From the NCBI RefSeq assembly GCF_004010195.1, contig NC_057711.1:73655399-73719398 (forward strand): a stretch of DNA of 64,000 nt. The letters are read 5' to 3'. The DNA is from Chiloscyllium plagiosum (lineage: Eukaryota). A program made the translations under genes and the position numbers. Position 1 is the stretch's first letter; every line of letters begins with the position of its first letter. The notes beneath the pieces were generated by a model. It did not search any database, was not told the DNA's origin, and saw only the letters and a program-made list of their open reading frames with translations. Shown here piece by piece: positions 61,951-64,000 of this stretch.

Positions 61951-63410
61951 TGCTGAGGTCTACTTGAAATAGGCTGCAACGATGGAACTTTCACAGCGTT
62001 TTAAAGCTTACAGGCAATCTCCACATGAGTCTGCATGTTAGCACTTCTACAGAGTCACAACATGTTTTTTCAGTTGTATGGCCAGCCTTTGATCTTTCAA
62101 AGACAAGGGCACTTAGCCTCTGGAGCATTTTTGATGATCAAATGAAATACATCCCCAGTTGCTGTAGACATCCACTTCCATAAACCTTGATGTAGGGTCC
62201 ACACCATGGATGCGATTAAAAGAAGACAAATTTTCTTTCAGCTTCCATTCAGACATCCTATCTGGCTATTTTCCCCTTGACTCAACCCCAGTGCACAAAT
62301 AGAACGGCTGGAAGTGAGAAAGTGGTGTCACTGGGAGGATGTGAGTTATAATGCCACAGGCTCATCAATGGCCTTGTAAGGTCTTGGAAGGTCAGTGTTG
62401 AGCAGCACCCAGAAGGTAAGTCTCTAACCCTGTACAAAGCAACATGGGCAAGAATCCAGCAGGCTACATACCCAAAAGAGCAAGTACTTAGTCGCATCAG
62501 ACATATCGGTACCCTCACAGTTTAAGTGAGAAGAGAGTATGACTTAGGAAGGCAAAGCTCCTGTCAAGTTATACTGTGGGAGCTAAAAGCCCACTCATGC
62601 ATTATACTCTCCTTATCCTGCTGCAGTTGCACATGTTAGTACATGCTCAATAACTGGGAAATGCTGTAGAAAGGAGGTGAAGTTCTGGGTTTGCTCCAAT
62701 GCAAGGCCATCCAGGATGTAGTGTTGGATGTGGTGGAGCAGAGCTTCCTGTGCCAGCCTCTGATGTCCATGGGAAGTAATCAGCCTGAGCCCCTTACAGA
62801 ATCCCAATCTCAACTCATGATAAATCTAAGCATCTCAGCATTAGAAGTGCAGGTTCAGCAGCTAAGTGTGATTTCCCACTTTCTTTTAAATGAATTGGCC
62901 AATACTCAGATAGCTCCCTACTGCATGCATGCCAGTTTCATCCTAACATCAACCAGGGACTAAATGTTCCTCTTACCTGCCAATTGAAAAGTTAAAACCG
63001 ATCTAATGAAGCTTTTTAAAAGGCTCTGCAAATGGCTGTGGAGACATTCCAATGAAGGTATAGCAGGTTCAAAACACACCCACCTACCATCCCATTGAAT
63101 TGCATTCTGATGGTCGGGGGATTCAGTGCTGGCCTCCAGGAAATGGTTTCCGTAAAATGCTTGAACTCATTCTTTTTCTGTGCCTACTGGCAATTGAAAA
63201 TCTGGCCCAAGTATGTGTTTCACGTCTCTGCCATTTCCTTGCTTTCTAGTACAATTTACCCTGCTTTTGCCCACAGTTTGGTAGAAAGATTTATGGTCTG
63301 CCTTTATATTCCTCACTTTATATTTTCTCTCTCTTTATTTGTTTCTTTTATGAGTTCACTCAATCCTCATGTTTGCTGCTTTTTCAGAACATTTTACAGA
63401 CCTATTCACA

Positions 63411-63950
63411 GTCATAGAGTCATCCAGCACAGCAACATACCCTTCGGTCCAACCAGTCCATGCTGAACATAATCCCAAACTAAACTAGTCTCACTTGCTT
63501 GCTCCTGGCCCATATTCCAAACCTTTTCGATTCAGGTACCTATCCAAATGTATTTTAAACATTGTAATTGTACCCACTTCCTTAGGAAATTCATTCCAAA
63601 TGCAATCGACTCTCTGTGTAAAAAAAAATTGCCCCTCATGTCCTTTGTAAAACTCTCTTCGCTCACCTTAAAAATGTGACGCCTAATCTTGAAATCCCTC
63701 ATCCTAGGGATAAGACAAATGACATTAACTCTACCTATACCTGTCATTCTTTTATAAACTTCTATCAGCTCACCTCTCAAACTCCTACACTCTGGTGAGA
63801 AAAGTCACAGCCTATCCAACCTTTCTTTGTAACCTAAACCTTCCATACCTGGCAACATCCTGGAAGTCTCTTTTGAACCCTCTCTAGCTTAATAGTATTC
63901 TTCCCATAACTGGTGACCAGAACTGGACACAGAAGAGGCCTCACTAATGT
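63411..63950 (-). mobile_element. CR1 3' fragment
   Basis: gtcatagagtcat tail; RGELIEVYKRM on the minus strand. Confidence 0.88.
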
Positions 63951-64000
63951 TGTCTAATTCCTCTAATCAAATACAATAACATTTTCATTATTCAGTACTC

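Noticed and set aside
59862..64000. Further TMC2 exons
   Set aside because: No segment matching the next expected TMC region with proper splice sites was found; the intron apparently continues past the window.

Overview
Repeat-rich vertebrate genomic DNA, most likely an elasmobranch (shark); this is inferred from HE1-type SINEs, CR1 LINEs and DeuSINE-like relics. Two assembly gaps lie at 22160-22277 and 29911-30682. The window holds the 5' part of a + strand TMC2-type (transmembrane channel-like, hair-cell mechanotransduction) gene. Twelve coding exons from 7867 to 59861 join through GT-AG introns with consistent phases into 1791 nt (597 codons); the gene runs off the right end. Introns and upstream DNA are filled with CR1 LINEs, tRNA-derived SINEs, Penelope-like elements (PLEs), two Gypsy LTR relics, a PIF/Harbinger relic, and micro- and minisatellites. 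The most notable unannotated signal is about 13 minimal hammerhead-ribozyme motifs from three covarying PLE families. One is intact, lies on the sense strand of TMC2 intron 5, and sits inside a young PLE with a target-site duplication and an inverted terminal copy. Exon boundaries were read base by base. Most repeat boundaries are approximate, and all family assignments come from recalled motifs, not database searches.
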